Part shown: piece by piece, positions 60,717-64,000 of the stretch | Layout: every line of letters begins with the position of its first letter | Numbering within the stretch: the first letter of the stretch is position 1 | Assembly (NCBI GenBank): GCA_964057225.1 | Contig: OZ059898.1 | Span: 14,880,001 to 14,944,000 of the forward strand | Source: Auanema rhodensis | Taxonomy: Eukaryota > Animalia > Nematoda | Reading direction: 5' to 3' | Length of the DNA stretch: 64,000 nucleotides | Position numbers and translations under genes: made by a program | Notes under the pieces: model-generated | What the model saw: the letters and a program-made list of their open reading frames with translations, nothing else | What the model was told of the DNA's origin: nothing | Database searches by the model: none

Positions 60717-63700
60717 ATGTCTGTCGAAGTACAACATCGACTTCTTATGAAGCTCAATGTTAAGGATGTAAGTCAAGCATATAGTAATATTTCATGCATT
60801 TATTATTTGAGATATTGAGTAATCGTCTTGATTTTTCCGCTGCTGTTCGCTCTGAATTCAAAGAGGAGATTCCTAGTAACTATCATGGTATATTTATTTT
60901 TTGGAATAATGTTTTTGCAATTTGTTACTTACAGTATTGTTACCCGACAGACAGAGAGGTAGTTCTTCATTCGGTAGTCCTTGTACATCGAATGGCGATC
61001 GCTTAACAAGTTGTCATAGCAGTACATATGATAGTGCTTCTTCAAGCCCGTTTTCTATTACAAAGGTATTAAATGAAATTTATTTTTTATTCTTATATCT
61101 ATTTTAGGAATTGACCAATGTTGGCAGCCCCTTGACTCCTTTATCAGATAGTATGTTTTATTTTTTAGCTCATTGAGTAGTTACATTTTATAGTTTCGCG
61201 TTCAAAATCGAAAAGTCCGATACGTGCTCAATCCTTTTTAGCTGAAAAAAGTAATTCTCCAATCATATCTGTCGATAGGTATTTGATATTCTTATAAAAA
61301 TCCTATTTCTTGTCTTTAGTCAAAAGGAGGAAGATACTAAGTCTTCTGATCGTACGGTGATTTCTCCAGCCTCTAGCTCAGATGGGTCGGTAAAGAAAGA
61401 TGGAAAGAAAAAGGTATTTTTTCCAGTTCGCGCTCTTTTTATTATTTAATTTCTCTGAAGAAAAAGAAGAAAAAGGATAAGAATGGTAAAAGCTCAAAGA
61501 AGTCTGAAGAACGTCAAGATAGCTCGTAAGTGCACTATTTGCTTGAGTTTAAATTATATTTTTCTTAGTTCATCTCCCTTGTCTTGTGACACGCCTGATA
61601 CTATCACAAAAAATTGTAGTTTAACAGAGGTATGTTAAAAGTTAAATTTTGATGTATTTTATTGGTTTTATTTAGTCGCCTGTTCTTAACCGTGTTAGTC
61701 CTATTCGCTTGAAAAAACCAGAGGGTGGCTTTTCGTCGTCAACAGCGAAAGCAATAACTTTCCGAATAGGATCGGAAGTTCTTTCTCGTGCTCCCCTTGT
61801 TTCTTATGATGTTAGTGACAACGAGTCTAGTTCTGGTGAAAAGGAGGAAGATGAATTTAGCGATGATACCGAACAATTGCTGAAGGTATGATTATTTTAT
61901 TCTTCTATTATTTATGTTTTTATTATCTAGGAAATTAACAAAGATCGACGAAAAGTTGACGTCATAATAGGTCCCTTAAAGCCTGGTCACGAATCTAATG
62001 TACAGAAAAAAGAAACACCTAAAAATGGCATAAGGGAGCCGGTTTTAGAAAAAAGGAAAGCAGCTCTTCCTGATGGTATGCTCATCTTTTTTCTGTTTGT
62101 TTAAATGTTGAGTTTAGGAACACCTGGAGGAAAGCGAAAACGGTTGCTCTCTGAACGAGCCGAGAAAGAAATGGCGTATCCTGTTATGGACAAGGATAAT
62201 GTATCTATTTGGAATTGGAAAGATTTTCGAATGATTGTAAAACACACGATCATATCTCTATTTTCAACATATATTTTTGCAGAAAGGCCGAAATTGTGGT
62301 GTTGGACTTTATAATAATTCAAATGATTGTTTTTTAAACGCTATTCTTCAACTTATAACTCATACTGCACCTCTTGCCCGTTTCATTGTTGAAAAACATA
62401 ATACAGATAATTGTGAGTTTCTATTTCTTAATACTTTTGAATAATACAAATTACAGGTTATCGCCCACAAGGCCAATGTTTATGCTGCTCTATGCGAACA
62501 CAACATTTCAATCGAGTTTTCAATGCCCAAAATCCTTTCACAGCATCCTGGATTAGACCTCACTTAAAACGTAGATATTTGGGTTACTAATGTGTTAGAT
62601 TTGTTACTTTTTTAGGTATTTTCCCTTCCCATATTCATGGTATGCAAGAAGATGCTCATGAATTGTTATCCCTAGTGTTAGATGCTCTAGACCCCCCTCC
62701 TGGACACAATAAGAATTCTGGAGCTCCATCTGGAATGTGAGTGAAAATATCACGAACTGGTAAAATTAACATTTCTATTACAGCTTACCGAAATCTTCGA
62801 CTCCTATTGAGCAAATATTTGGTGGTACGCTTCGTAATCAAAGTAAGCATTTATATTCCCTTTCGTTATATATACTGTTTTTTTCAGTTACGTGTACTTC
62901 TTGCCGTACACCATATATTAATTATGAGCGAATTAGAGAGCTTAATTTGGCTATCAGGTACGAGACAATGTTTGAATAAGTTTGTAGACAAAAATATTTC
63001 CAGGAAAATGGAGGATGGCGAGCCTATTAGAATATCTAGTTTAATGGATATATATTTCCGTGATGAAAATGTTTCAAGCTTTGATTGTAAAAAGTATGCG
63101 TTTTTCAAAATTGTGACTTTCAACATCTTCCTTTAAGATGTGGTAGAAAAACAATAGCTAATAGAGTAACAAGGATATTACGACCACCTGCTGTTTTACT
63201 TGTCCAACTGAAACGATTTAATGCTTTTGGAGGCAAAATTCGGCTTCCGGTCACAGCAGATGTAAGAGTCAATTAATTTCTCCGATTTATATTTCAAAAT
63301 CTATTTTTTTATAGATGGGTGTTGATTTAATGAGGTTTTTGTTTGATGGAAATTCATCCACATCATCTGCTAAATATGTTTTGACGTCTGTAGTAGAGCA
63401 CTTGGGAGCTGGAGTTGACCATGGACATTACATTTCTTATGTTCGTGGATATGATGCCCAAAAATGGTTTTTATTTGACGATGAACAAGTACAGAAAAGA
63501 GTTTATTTCATCATTTTAAACATGTGTTCTTTTCAGATATCTAACATTTCTGCAAATAAAGTAGAGGACAGTAACCCATATTTATTGTTATACAGGTGTT
63601 TATTTCTTTTCTTCGGTTATTTATGAGTGATTTCAGTCGACAAACCGACATTCCGGCTTTTCCCAAATCTCCTGAAACAAGTCGTTCTTTGTCTGTAGGG

Positions 63701-63893
63701 AACAAGCAGAATAGTTTTTCAAAAATCAATCATTCCCCGTTTAATAGGTAAGCACTGCTATTTTGAAATATTCTTTTAAACATGTATTGTTAGAAACGGC
63801 GCTAGTTACGGATCAAGCAATGGGTTCAATAAAAAATATTCTAACGGCGGTACCCCCTATAACATGCACAAATGGAAACCAGGCTTGATCTAG
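60717..63893 (+). CDS. Ubiquitin-specific protease (peptidase C19), USP36/USP42-like, multi-exon
   Basis: Cys box GLYNNSNDCFLNAILQ, MQEDAHELL, QIFGGTLR, QLKRF, His box VEHLG..DHGHY, WFLFDD, PYLLLY. Ser/Lys-rich N-terminal region; TTCAG acceptor ending 60667; stop at 63891-63893. Confidence 0.9.
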
Positions 63894-64000
63894 CCTAACA
63901 ACCATTACATCATAGACGTCATAGCTCAATGTTTCACTTTTCATGATGTTTTTTGTAAATAATGTCTTTCTTTGAAGAGACAAGTGTTTTTCTATTTTGT

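Overview
AT-rich eukaryotic genomic DNA, almost certainly from a nematode: ~45-55 bp GT-AG introns, TTTCAG-type acceptors just before ATGs, a nematode-type U6, and a YVDN BEL/Pao reverse transcriptase. 1-29560 is a homogeneous, indel-free 265-bp tandem array with one tRNA-Glu(TTC) gene per unit (75 copies in the window, minus strand, array runs off the left edge). It is split by a very young, intact 9.8-kb BEL/Pao (belpaovirus) LTR element at 11867-21669 with a 5-bp target-site duplication (TSD). The element encodes one Gag-PR-RT-RH-IN-Env polyprotein ending in a phlebovirus Gc-like glycoprotein with only a vestigial Gn. It also has a second ORF with a duplicated triple zinc knuckle, and a leader resembling a near full-length tRNA-Gly(GCC) complement (extended primer-binding site, PBS). 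To the right lie a small 2-exon gene, an inverted 3-unit tRNA-Glu mini-array, a 4-TM membrane protein gene, a U6 snRNA gene, a partial methyltransferase-like gene, ~9 kb of non-coding DNA and LTR/TE remnants. The window ends with a multi-exon znfx-1 (ZNFX1) gene and a USP36/USP42-like deubiquitinase gene.
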